19,374 nt of DNA from Verrucomicrobiota bacterium (GCA_039798785.1 JBDKFG010000081.1:1-19374), one strand, 5' to 3'; shown: positions 9,579-18,810, numbered from the stretch's first letter. A program made the numbers and translations. Notes: generated by a model from the letters alone, not told the origin.

Positions 9579-12500
9579 TCATTGGTCGGCTGCGGAATCA
9601 GGGACAAAAGCTTCGCTCAGGGGCCTTTCTTGTCCCAGGCCAGCGGGAGGCTTGAGTTCGAGCACTTGTGAGTCCCCTTTATCCGACAGAACCAGGACGG
9701 CCAAGGAGTCGATCCCGACCAGACCAGTGTTGAGTGAGGCGTAGTCGAAACGGCCGCGAAGATCGGTGAAGCCGTCCTTGTGGAAGACCACCTGGCCGTG
9801 ACGCCGGGCGTAAACTTTCACGTAAGCCTTCGACAAGCCCTTGCCATCCGCGCCGAGAACCTGGATCTGTCCAAGCGAACTGATCGGGCGGCACTCGAAG
9901 CTCTTGGGAAGATGGCTGAGCACCATTTGGCGTCCGCCGCCGCTGAGGCGCAGGAGGCAGGGGGTCTTGGCCCATTCCTCCGGCAGGGCTTGTTTCAAGG
10001 CGCCGTCGGCGCCGGGTTTGAGCTCGAGGCTGGCCGCGGCGCGGGTCAGCGGCGCCTCGGGGGACTCGCCGCCGGCCAGGCCGAAGGGCTTGCGACTGAA
10101 GAGCATTTCGACGTCGACCGGGAAGACTTCCAGCCTCAAGGATTTCAGGTTACTGCTGCTCAGGACGATCTGGCCTTCCTTCAGCTCGGCGCTGTAGGCC
10201 GGGGCCTTCGAGACGGGGTCGCCGCCGGTCGCGCCGCTGCGGATCTCCTCGGCCTGATTGAGGACTTCGGCGAAGTGCGAACGCCAATGCGGAATCGGGT
10301 AGTCCTTGTAGACGCCCGCGATCTTGGCCGCCTCCTGCGGCTTCTCCTGGGCGAAGAGGAGGTAGCAGCTCAAGGCGTCGTGCTGGATCTTGGCCTGCAA
10401 TTTGTCGCGCGGCGCGGCGGCAAGCTCGGCCGCGGCTTCGTCGAAGCGGTCTTGCAGGAGCAGGTAGTAGCTCAGCTCAAGGTGGTCCTCGGCGCTCAAG
10501 CTCGGCTTGTGACGCAGCACTTCCAGGAGACGCTGGTACTGGGCCCGAAGACCTTGGTTCGGCAGGCGCTTGACCCCGCCGAGGGCGAAGGCACGGGCGT
10601 TGAGGAAGGGAAGGAAGTCGCGGTGCAGGTAAGTGCCGTTCTGGGCCGCATCGACGTTCAGAACTTCGCTGCTGAGGAAGGGGCCGACCTGTCCGGCCAA
10701 GGGCGAATTGGAGAGGAACTCCGCCAAGGCGGCGCGATCGTCGTGGAGCAAGGCGTAGCCCCACAGCGTCGCGTCGTAGAGATGGCGGCCGCGGAGGGTG
10801 GCGAGGACCTCGGTGAAGAGCTTCTTGTCGCTCATCAGGTGGGCGCAAAGCGACAGGTCCTGACCGTGCAGCGGCTGCTCCTTCAGCCAGCTCAAAATCT
10901 GCTCCGGCGAGCCTTCGCTGGCGACCTGCGGCCAGGAGTCGATCTTCCCGCTGGGCGGTTTGGCCATGACCTCGAATTTCGGCGCGCTCGAAGCGCCAAG
11001 GACGCGGCCCTCCTGGCTGACCTGGATCGGCGCACCCTGGAACTGGCCGGGGGCGGGGAAGTAGAAGAGGAAGCCGCTCTGGGCGCAGCCGTAGGCCGGC
11101 ACCTGCTTCGACTCCAGCAAGGTGACGTCGCCCAGCGGCATCGCCCCCTCGGGAATCTGGCTCAGCAGGCTCAGTTCAAGCTCGCGGTCGGAGGGGTTGT
11201 TGACGACGATCTCGGCGCCGTAGACGACGCCGATGGCGAAGGGGCCGCTGTGGACCTTGAGGCGCTCCTTGCCGTTCTCGACCAGCTTGGCGTCGTCGGC
11301 GCGGTAGAAGCGCAGGCTGACCGGGAATTCCTGGCGCGGCGTAGCGTCGGCCACCACTGCGGCTTGCGCAAAGATCAGCGGCGTCTTGGGTGTGATCTTG
11401 CCGTCCTTGATCTCCGGCGCTTCGGCATCAAAAGGCAGGTCGAGGGCGGCGAGGGCGAGCAAGGCGGCGTTGGCTCCGTCCTTCGAGACTTCCAGGATCC
11501 CGGGCGAGAAGAAGGGCTGGCCGCTGGGATTCGCGGCGTAATCGGCCCAGAAGCGATTGGCCGAGGCCAGGCTGGGCCAGAATTCCCGCATCGGTTGTTT
11601 CCAATAGCCGACTTCCAGCCATTCGCGGACTGCGCCGACCTCTTCGTAGACGGGGACGCCTCCCGTGGCCAAAACAGCGCGGCGCTCAGCATCAGCTGTT
11701 GATTGCTTGGATTTTTTCATGGGTGCTAAACCAGCAACCTTGGGAACTGCCCGGTTGGCTCCATCATAAGTAAGGGTAGATGTGACGAATTCCCCTGCAG
11801 CCGGCTCTGGTTCGGACGGTGGCGGCGGCAAGCTTGCTCCCTGGATGAAGGCCGAGAAGAGCGAGTCGAATTCCTGCGGCGACAGGGGCTTGGCCTTGGC
11901 GGCTTCATCGAGCTGCCGACTCAAGCCGGCATCCTGCAGGCGCTGGGCGAGCAGGGCCTTCTCGAAGCCGTTGAGGCGGGCGAGTCGGGCAGGAGCGAGC
12001 CAAGGTTTCAGGTCGTCGCCGCGCAGCGCTAAATCAACGAAGCTCGGCTGGAGCAGGTTGTTCAGGAAGGGGCGGATGTGTTGGGCGAAGAACTCGGGGT
12101 CGCGACGGAAGAGGAAGAAGTGGACTTCGTGGCAGGCGTGTTTGCGGTAGAATTCCAGCTTCGCCTTGTCGTCGAGCTTGTTCCACGACAGCAGAGGCGC
12201 GAAGTCCGCAAAATTCGTCTGCGGGTGGAAGCTGGCGAGATAGGTCCAGGCTTCGGCGAGGCTGCCGATGCGTCCCGATTTCGATCCGCCGAGGGCGCTG
12301 ATCTCGGCGCTCTGGCCGGGAGCAAGAAGTTTGAAGTCGCGGCGACTCGCGAAGCGACGATCAATGCCGAGGCCTTGCGCCAGACGCAAATCCTTCAGCG
12401 GCAGCTCGGCACGAGGCAGGACGAAACGCCGCGTCCAGGAGGCCTCGCTGCCGGCGCAGGAGAGGCTGAGGACATTGCGCGAGCCGATCTCCTTGAGAGG

Positions 12501-15500
12501 AATCCGGATCTCGCCCTTGGCGTCCGGGATGACGCTGCGGATCCAGGGGGTTTCGGCGGCGAAGCTCAGCGGGCAGGGGGCGAGGTCGTGGGCAAGCGGC
12601 GCGCCACAAAGAACGCCGCCGCCTGCTCCACCAAGGTCAGCGAGACTACCTAGCTTCTCGGCGCGGCCTGAAGCGCTTCTGCCGCCGAAAGCCTTGATAT
12701 CGTCGGTGAGCGATTCCTTGACATCGCGCGGGTTGAGCAGGAGGCCGGGGCGGGCCAGCATGACGCCGGCGCGGGCGGCTTGTTGGCGGCGTTCCAAGAC
12801 GTAGCGGCTTTCATCGTCGAGGCGGCCGCCGTCGAGGTAGCGGTTTTCCTCCGTGCCGAGATTCCAGTGCGCCGAAAAGTCCGGCAGGAGCTCCGGCACA
12901 TCCTGGTCTTCCCAGGCGGCGCTGAGACGCAAGGCGGCTGGTTTTCCGCTGAGCTTGATCACCAGATGATCCTTGTCGAGCTGCCAAGAGGCGACCTGGG
13001 GCAGGGCTTCGGGCGCCGCCGCCTGGCCGACGCCGTGGCGGGTGGCAAAGACCTCGCCGTGACGCTTCCCGGCATAAACGCTGATCGACATGACCGGACC
13101 CGAGCCGCTCTGGAAGATGTACTCGCCTTCCTCCAGGCCGGCAAGAGTCACCGAGGAGCCTTCAATCTTCAATTGCGAACTGAGATCGGCCAGCAAGATG
13201 CCGTTGAAGGAGGCTTCAGCGTCGCGCCCGATTTTTACCGCAACAGGCGGAACCATAAACGGAATATCAGGGACTTCGCGAGGCGCATCGAGTTGTGACG
13301 AGGTCGAGATCATTTCGGATCCGATCTTGAGCAGGCGCGGCTTCCAGCGGCTTTCAGCCAGGGGCAGGCTGAGGCTTTCGCCGAGCAGGAGGCTGCGCTT
13401 GTCGGTGTAGCGGACCTCTTGCGCCGGAGCTTGAAAGTATTCCGACGAGGGCGTGGCAGTGGCGCCGAGCTGAGCGACAAAGTGATCTCTCTTGGCGACG
13501 ACCAAGACTCCCGCCGGCACCTTGCCGAGGCGGATGAGACCTTGTTCGTCGGTCTTGAGCGATTGAGGAGCGGTCTCGAAGACTTCGCCGGAGAAGTGCA
13601 CTTCGACGAGGCGATTCGCCAGCTTCTCACCGTTGGCGCCGCGCATTTCCAGGAGAACTTCCTCGCCGTCGCGACGGAAGAAGAGGCCGCTGATGGCGCT
13701 GGAATTCCCTTGCGAGAGAAGATCGGTGCTGGCGCCGACGCTGTCGGTCTCGCCGTTGAGCTTGTCGTAATCCGCCTCAAAAGTGACCTCGACCCGGTTG
13801 CAGCCTTCGGGGCTGACGAAGCCGAAGCTGACTTGTCCCAGGGCATCGAGCTTGAGGTCTTTGCGTGACTGACTGGCGAGCTTGTTGGTCTCGAAGAAAT
13901 AGGCGATTTCGGCGCGCAAATTCTTAAGCAGTTTGAGATCGGCGGGGACGCCGTTGACGCTGAGGCTGGGGCGGAGGAGGAGCGAGTGTTCGCGGCCGGG
14001 GATGAAGGATGCGGCCTCGGCGAATTCGACCTTCAGATCGGCGCTTTCGGTTTTCCTCTCGAAAGCCAGCAGGGTGGCGAGGCCGCCCTTGCTGATCAGG
14101 AGATGGTGCGAGGAGCCACTGCGTCCTTGATCGAGGCGTTTCAGGTAGGGGACGACGGCGACGCCTTCGGCATCGGTGCTGAAGAGGGTTTCGCCGAGGG
14201 CGATGCTGGCGCCGCTTGCGGGTTTTCCGGCTTCATCGAGGACGGTGACGAGCTGGCCGGCGGCGGAATCGCGGACGAAGGCCTTGAGCTGGCCTTTGCG
14301 GAGGAAGGCGCGGGCGGTGGCGCCGTTGGCGATCAGGTCGACGGCGTAAATGCCGGGTTCCTTCAGCTCATCAAGTTTGATGCGGAGTTCCTGGCGGAGG
14401 AGCGGATCGGCGTCGAGCGGGATCGTCTTTTCCTGGCTCGGCTTCAAGCCGCTGAGCTCGATATCGGCCTCGGCTTCGCGGCCGAAACGGCGGCAGGCCG
14501 CGGCGGCGTCGATCTTGTAGATCCGCAGGCTGAGTTCCTTGGCGTTCTTGACTGCGAGGTGCAGCTCGGGGACGGCGTCGGCAGCGATTTGGCGCGGGTT
14601 GTCGGGCAGGAGATCGAGGACGATGCGATTTTTCAGCTCTTCGAGCTGGGCGGAGCTGAGGAGCCTGGCGGCGGTTTCGGGATCGGGGCAGCCGCCGGTG
14701 AGGCGAGCTTCGGCGTAGATCGGCAGGAGTTTTTCCGCTTCGACCAGCTTGAGGAAGGGAGCGGCGGCGGGGTCGGCCGCGAGATTGGAGGCGCCCTGTT
14801 TTGCGCCCGCCGCGAAGGCGGCGAGGAGTTGCCGGCGGACGACCAGATCTTCGCAGGAGGCGGGGGCGGGCAGGCCGCAGCGGGTTTGGCCGAGGTTGAG
14901 GCCGCGGGAGGCCTCGGCATTCTTCAGCGCCCAGAAGCTTTGGCGCGGCAGGGCCAGGTATTCGGCGAGCAGTTCGGGCGAGTTCTGGCCGAGTTCTTCG
15001 CGGCTGGCGATGAGTTGCAGCAGCAGGCTGGCCTTGGCGCTGTTTTGGGCCGGGGGGAGGGGGCGGGCGAAGGCGAGCGACTTGTCGAGGCGGGCGCTCC
15101 GTCCGGCGGCGGAGTCGTCGGCGCCGGCGAGGAGGCGGATGAGGACCGCGTCGGCCCAGTTCGAATCGCTGCGGATTTCCGGCCGGAGCTTGGCCAGTTC
15201 GAGGAGCTGTTCGGTCGAGAGTTGTTTGTCGATTTCCCGTTGACCGAAGCCGGGGCGTCCGTTGACCATGTCCTTGACGATGAGCGGCAGGAGGCCGGGG
15301 AAGTCGCTGCGCTGGAGTTTGGCGAGGCGATTGAGCAAGGCGGGGCGCTGGAACTTGGTGAGGGGCTTGCCGACGAGGAGGGGCAGGGCCTCGTCGCTGA
15401 TCCCTTTCAGCTCGGCATCTTCGGCGAGGATCTTCTTGAGGCGCGGCTCGATCGCCCAGAACTCGGCGGGCAGGGCGCTGGGGAGTTTTTGTTCCGCTTC

Positions 15501-15863
15501 GTGACCCGGGCGCGAGTGGCCGAGCTGGACGCCGAGGCGATTGACCAGGACATCGCGGACGGCGGCGGGATCTTGCGGGTAGCGCAAGAGAAGTTGGCGA
15601 TCGGCGAGGACTTGCAAGCGGGCATCGGCGCGATTGGATTCGTTCCATTCCTTGAGCAGGCTGTCGGCGGCGGGCAGATCGCGGCGGAGCTGGGCGTCGA
15701 GGATCCGGTAGTAGAAGCTGTCGGCGCTGCCGGGGGCGAGCTGCTTCAGGGCGCTGTCGCGGGCGCGGACGAAATCTTCATCGAAGGGCACCTTGTCGTC
15801 CTGGGCGTGCAGGGCGGCGGCGAGGGCGAACTGGAGGACGGCGGGGAGGAGGAGGAAACGCAT
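9579..15863 (-). CDS. Giant secreted uncharacterised protein (2094 aa) with alpha-2-macroglobulin/MG-domain-like segments
   Basis: Sec signal peptide MRFLLLPAVLQFALAAALHA|Q; RBS AGGAG; strong GC3 bias. MG-like beta-rich segments (VKNAKELSLRIYKID, PGIYAVDL, VLDEAGKPASGASI..TDAEGVA, FYFPAPGQF..PIQV). C-terminal AYVKVYAR..FHKDGFTDLRGRFDYASL. No CxEQ thioester motif seen. The CDS is secure; the fold assignment is tentative. Confidence 0.85.
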   Translation of the reverse strand: MRFLLLPAVLQFALAAALHAQDDKVPFDEDFVRARDSALKQLAPGSADSFYYRILDAQLRRDLPAADSLLKEWNESNRADARLQVLADRQLLLRYPQDPAAVRDVLVNRLGVQLGHSRPGHEAEQKLPSALPAEFWAIEPRLKKILAEDAELKGISDEALPLLVGKPLTKFQRPALLNRLAKLQRSDFPGLLPLIVKDMVNGRPGFGQREIDKQLSTEQLLELAKLRPEIRSDSNWADAVLIRLLAGADDSAAGRSARLDKSLAFARPLPPAQNSAKASLLLQLIASREELGQNSPELLAEYLALPRQSFWALKNAEASRGLNLGQTRCGLPAPASCEDLVVRRQLLAAFAAGAKQGASNLAADPAAAPFLKLVEAEKLLPIYAEARLTGGCPDPETAARLLSSAQLEELKNRIVLDLLPDNPRQIAADAVPELHLAVKNAKELSLRIYKIDAAAACRRFGREAEADIELSGLKPSQEKTIPLDADPLLRQELRIKLDELKEPGIYAVDLIANGATARAFLRKGQLKAFVRDSAAGQLVTVLDEAGKPASGASIALGETLFSTDAEGVAVVPYLKRLDQGRSGSSHHLLISKGGLATLLAFERKTESADLKVEFAEAASFIPGREHSLLLRPSLSVNGVPADLKLLKNLRAEIAYFFETNKLASQSRKDLKLDALGQVSFGFVSPEGCNRVEVTFEADYDKLNGETDSVGASTDLLSQGNSSAISGLFFRRDGEEVLLEMRGANGEKLANRLVEVHFSGEVFETAPQSLKTDEQGLIRLGKVPAGVLVVAKRDHFVAQLGATATPSSEYFQAPAQEVRYTDKRSLLLGESLSLPLAESRWKPRLLKIGSEMISTSSQLDAPREVPDIPFMVPPVAVKIGRDAEASFNGILLADLSSQLKIEGSSVTLAGLEEGEYIFQSGSGPVMSISVYAGKRHGEVFATRHGVGQAAAPEALPQVASWQLDKDHLVIKLSGKPAALRLSAAWEDQDVPELLPDFSAHWNLGTEENRYLDGGRLDDESRYVLERRQQAARAGVMLARPGLLLNPRDVKESLTDDIKAFGGRSASGRAEKLGSLADLGGAGGGVLCGAPLAHDLAPCPLSFAAETPWIRSVIPDAKGEIRIPLKEIGSRNVLSLSCAGSEASWTRRFVLPRAELPLKDLRLAQGLGIDRRFASRRDFKLLAPGQSAEISALGGSKSGRIGSLAEAWTYLASFHPQTNFADFAPLLSWNKLDDKAKLEFYRKHACHEVHFFLFRRDPEFFAQHIRPFLNNLLQPSFVDLALRGDDLKPWLAPARLARLNGFEKALLAQRLQDAGLSRQLDEAAKAKPLSPQEFDSLFSAFIQGASLPPPPSEPEPAAGEFVTSTLTYDGANRAVPKVAGLAPMKKSKQSTADAERRAVLATGGVPVYEEVGAVREWLEVGYWKQPMREFWPSLASANRFWADYAANPSGQPFFSPGILEVSKDGANAALLALAALDLPFDAEAPEIKDGKITPKTPLIFAQAAVVADATPRQEFPVSLRFYRADDAKLVENGKERLKVHSGPFAIGVVYGAEIVVNNPSDRELELSLLSQIPEGAMPLGDVTLLESKQVPAYGCAQSGFLFYFPAPGQFQGAPIQVSQEGRVLGASSAPKFEVMAKPPSGKIDSWPQVASEGSPEQILSWLKEQPLHGQDLSLCAHLMSDKKLFTEVLATLRGRHLYDATLWGYALLHDDRAALAEFLSNSPLAGQVGPFLSSEVLNVDAAQNGTYLHRDFLPFLNARAFALGGVKRLPNQGLRAQYQRLLEVLRHKPSLSAEDHLELSYYLLLQDRFDEAAAELAAAPRDKLQAKIQHDALSCYLLFAQEKPQEAAKIAGVYKDYPIPHWRSHFAEVLNQAEEIRSGATGGDPVSKAPAYSAELKEGQIVLSSSNLKSLRLEVFPVDVEMLFSRKPFGLAGGESPEAPLTRAAASLELKPGADGALKQALPEEWAKTPCLLRLSGGGRQMVLSHLPKSFECRPISSLGQIQVLGADGKGLSKAYVKVYARRHGQVVFHKDGFTDLRGRFDYASLNTGLVGIDSLAVLVLSDKGDSQVLELKPPAGLGQERPLSEAFVPDSAADQ

Positions 15864-15900
15864 GGACGGGGCTCCTGGGTTTGGGATGGACGACTGTGAC

Positions 15901-15930
15901 AGTCTAGTGCTGAGACGCGAGCCAAGACAA
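15901..15930 (-). promoter_or_regulatory. Putative sigma70 promoter of the giant gene
   Basis: Minus strand TTGTCT (15930-15925), N18, TAGACT (15906-15901), 37 nt upstream of the ATG. Confidence 0.45.
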
Positions 15931-16020
15931 GAAAATTACAGGAGAAAGAGAGGGAATCCGGACAAAGATGCCGGTCCGCCCATCAAGAGATGGTCTGTGA
16001 CGAGACAGGACTTACCTGAC

Positions 16021-17196
16021 TTAGCCGAAGCAGATACGGGAGATGCACTGGTCGAAACTCTCCTGTCCGGAGAGGATGTCGATCTCGACGCGCAGGTAGA
16101 GGATGCTGGGATCGGGCTCACCATGAGTGGGGAAGCGGACGGCGTCCTTTTCGGTGGTCAGGGCGAGTTCGGCACCGGCGGCGCGGGCCTGTTCGAGGAA
16201 GGAGCCGATCTCTTCTTCATGATAGCGGTGGTGGTCGGCAAAGCGCTCGCGGTAGACGATGGTCGCGCCGAGCTTCTCCAGGAAGGTTTCGAAGCTTTGC
16301 GGCACCGCTATGCCGGAGATCGCGGCGACCTTGCGTCCCCGGATGTGCTCCAGCGGCAGCTGCTCTCCGGTGCGGAGGTCGCGCAGGTATTTCGGACGGT
16401 GGGTGCATTCGATGATTTCGGCGCGCGGATTGTGACGGCGGAGGAAGCTCTTGAGGAGGCGCAAGCGCGGGCTGGCATCCGACTTGGTGAGGAAGATGTA
16501 GTCGGCGCGGCTGACATTCTTGATCGGCTCGCGGAGCAGGCCCAGTGGCAGAAGGTGGTGATTGGAGAAAGGGTTGGTGGCGTCGACCAGCAGGATGTTG
16601 ATCTTCGGCTTGAGGTGGCGGTACTGGAAGCCGTCGTCAAGAATCAGTGTATCGCAACCGTAGCGGCGGATGGCATAGCGGCCGGCCTTGACCCGGTCCT
16701 TGTCGACCAGGACGACGGCGTCGGGGACGTTGCGGGCGAGCATGTAGGGCTCGTCGCCTGCCATGTCGGAGCCGAGCAGGACCTGCCCCTGGCCTTCCGA
16801 GACGACCCGTGGCGGGCTCTCCTGGTGGCGTGTTCGGAAAAGGGTGTCAAGTATCTTCTGGCGTAGCGGCTTGCCTTTGCTGCGGTAGCCGCGGGAGAGG
16901 ATGGCGACGCGGCGTCCCTTGGCTGCCAGTGTGCGTGCGAAGATCTCGGTGACCGGAGTCTTGCCGGTGCCGCCGACGGTGATGTTACCGATGGAGACGA
17001 CGAGGCAGCCGAGGACGCGGTGGCGGAGAAGCCGGCGTTGATAGAGATCGTTGCGGAGCTGGACGATGCCGCGGAAGAGACGCGACATGCCGAAGAAGAC
17101 AACGCGGCAGACGCGGGCAAGGGTGTCGTCCCGGCGCCGTTGAATGACGTCGAGGGCATAGATCTCAATTTTTTCGCCGATTTCGCGGAGGTTCAT
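16021..17196 (-). CDS. lpxK: Tetraacyldisaccharide 4'-kinase (lipid A biosynthesis)
   Basis: [17 protein letters not shown]-loop, [47 protein letters not shown]. The start is ATG 17196 or the adjacent GTG 17199. Confidence 0.97.
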   Translation of the reverse strand: MNLREIGEKIEIYALDVIQRRRDDTLARVCRVVFFGMSRLFRGIVQLRNDLYQRRLLRHRVLGCLVVSIGNITVGGTGKTPVTEIFARTLAAKGRRVAILSRGYRSKGKPLRQKILDTLFRTRHQESPPRVVSEGQGQVLLGSDMAGDEPYMLARNVPDAVVLVDKDRVKAGRYAIRRYGCDTLILDDGFQYRHLKPKINILLVDATNPFSNHHLLPLGLLREPIKNVSRADYIFLTKSDASPRLRLLKSFLRRHNPRAEIIECTHRPKYLRDLRTGEQLPLEHIRGRKVAAISGIAVPQSFETFLEKLGATIVYRERFADHHRYHEEEIGSFLEQARAAGAELALTTEKDAVRFPTHGEPDPSILYLRVEIDILSGQESFDQCISRICFG

Positions 17197-17209
17197 CACA
17201 AGCTTCCGC

Positions 17210-17357
17210 TGTTGAAAAGTTGAAAGGTTGAAAGGTGGAAAGGAGAAGAGGAAGCCGCAAGCACAGGGGCCAATCGCCCGGGAACTCGCATCCCCGCGCT
17301 TCTTCTCTGCTGGCTGTTGCTGCTGCTCACTGGTTTGCCTTTCAACTTTTCAACCTT
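17210..17357. repeat. ~150-bp palindromic intergenic element with inverted GGTTGAAA-octamer ends (REP/MITE-like)
   Basis: Left end TGTTGAAA AGTTGAAA GGTTGAAA GGTGGAAA GG (17210-17243). Right end CCTTTCAACTTTTCAACCTT (17338-17357). Inner GAGAAGAGGAAGC and GCTTCTTCTC are partly complementary. Confidence 0.7.
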
Positions 17358-17385
17358 AACAACCCGGTTGGGCGCGCAATATACT
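17356..17385 (+). promoter_or_regulatory. Putative sigma70 promoter of serS
   Basis: TTAACA (17356-17361), N18, TATACT (17380-17385); both boxes match consensus at 5/6. Confidence 0.45.
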
Positions 17386-17521
17386 GCGATCCGGCAGAAA
17401 GCTGCGGCGGGAAATGCGCCGTCGAAACGCCCCGGGAGCCGTGGATTGCCGGTGGCAACAAGAGGCATCCGAGGCTAGTTTAGGGACTCATTTGCACCAT
17501 CAGCCCCCATGAGGAGAGTCC

Positions 17522-18799
17522 ATGATCGACATCAAGCGCCTGCGTGAGCAACCGGAATTCTTCCAGAAGAAATGGGCCGATCGCGGCCTCAGCGTCGAGG
17601 TCTCCCGCCTCCTCAAAATCGATGCCGATTACCGCTCCGTCCTGAGCCGCGCCGAAGAACTGCAGGCGCAACGCAAAAAAGCCTCTGAAGAGATCGGCAA
17701 GATCAAAAAAGCCGGTGGTGACGCCGCGGCCGCGCAAGAACAGGTGCGCAAGACCGGCGACGAGATCGCCTCGCTCAACACGGAAGCCGAAAACCACCTC
17801 AGGCTTCTCAACGATGAGCTGATGCGCCTCCCCAACCCCTGCTCCGACAGCACTCCCGTCGGCAGCGACGAACACGGCAACCGCGAAGTCCGCACCTGGG
17901 GCACCAAGCCCGAGCTCGGCTTCACCCCGAAAGCCCATTGGGACCTCGGCAAGGAACTCGGCATCCTCGACCTCGAACGCGGCGTCAAGCTCTCCGGCTC
18001 CGGCTTCGAACTGCTCCGCGGCGCCGGCGCCCAGCTTGAACGCGCCCTGATCAACTTCTTCCTCGACAAGGCCAGCGAACACGGCTACACCGAACACTGG
18101 GTCCCCTTCATGGTCAATGAAAAAACCATGACCGGCACCGGCCAGCTGCCGAAATTCGCCGAAGATCTCTACAAGGTGACTGACGACTTCTGGCTCATCC
18201 CCACCGCCGAAGTTCCGCTGACCAACATCTACGCCGATGAGATTCTCGACAAGGAACAGCTCCCTCTCAATCTCACCGCCTTCACCCCCTGCTTCCGCCG
18301 CGAAGCCGGAGCCGCCGGCAAAGACACCCGCGGCATCCTCCGCGTCCACCAGTTCTCCAAGATCGAATTGGTCAAGATCGTCGAACCCTCGCAGTCTTAC
18401 ACTCAGCTCGAACTGCTGGTCGCCGATGCAGAACACCTGCTGCAGCAGCTCGGCCTGCACTACCGCGTCCTCGAGCTCTGCACCGGCGACATCGGATTCG
18501 GCGCCGCCAAGTGCTACGACATCGAAGCCTGGGCCCCCGGCGTCGGCCGCTTCCTTGAAGTCAGCTCCTGCTCGAACTTCGAAGACTTCCAGGCCCGCCG
18601 ACTCCAGCTCCGGTTCCGCGCCGAAAAAGGCGCCAAACCGCAGCTCTGCCACACCCTCAACGGCTCCGGCCTCGCCCTGCCGCGGATCATGATCGCCATC
18701 CTCGAAACCTACCAGCGCCAGGACGGCGGCATCGACATCCCCGACGCCCTCGTCCCCTACATGGGCGGCCGCCGTGAAATCCCGCCAGCCAAGAAATAA
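17522..18799 (+). CDS. serS: Serine--tRNA ligase, 425 aa
   Basis: MIDIKRLR N-terminus with coiled-coil arm, GTGQLPKF, LIPTAEVPL, FRREAG, RGILRVHQFSKIE, EVSSCSN, HTLNGSGLA. RBS GAGGAG. Confidence 0.98.
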   Translation: MIDIKRLREQPEFFQKKWADRGLSVEVSRLLKIDADYRSVLSRAEELQAQRKKASEEIGKIKKAGGDAAAAQEQVRKTGDEIASLNTEAENHLRLLNDELMRLPNPCSDSTPVGSDEHGNREVRTWGTKPELGFTPKAHWDLGKELGILDLERGVKLSGSGFELLRGAGAQLERALINFFLDKASEHGYTEHWVPFMVNEKTMTGTGQLPKFAEDLYKVTDDFWLIPTAEVPLTNIYADEILDKEQLPLNLTAFTPCFRREAGAAGKDTRGILRVHQFSKIELVKIVEPSQSYTQLELLVADAEHLLQQLGLHYRVLELCTGDIGFGAAKCYDIEAWAPGVGRFLEVSSCSNFEDFQARRLQLRFRAEKGAKPQLCHTLNGSGLALPRIMIAILETYQRQDGGIDIPDALVPYMGGRREIPPAKK

Positions 18800-18810
18800 G
18801 TTTAAATCAC

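Noticed and set aside
17196..17483. Small ORFs of 90 aa (-) and 82 aa (+) between lpxK and serS, and similarly 2681-2923 and 2903-3226
   Set aside because: They are translations through the repeat elements (KVEKLKG, FQLFN), with no RBS or typical codon bias.
17390..17521. T-box or attenuator leader upstream of serS
   Set aside because: No T-box consensus (GGTGGNACCGCG; only GGTGGCAAC is present), no specifier stem and no terminator U-tract.
9780..18652. Long alternative ORFs 9780-11702, 13986-15899, 14371-15648, 15793-16866 and 17480-18652
   Set aside because: Antisense or off-frame shadows of the giant gene, lpxK and serS, with compositions typical of spurious high-GC frames.
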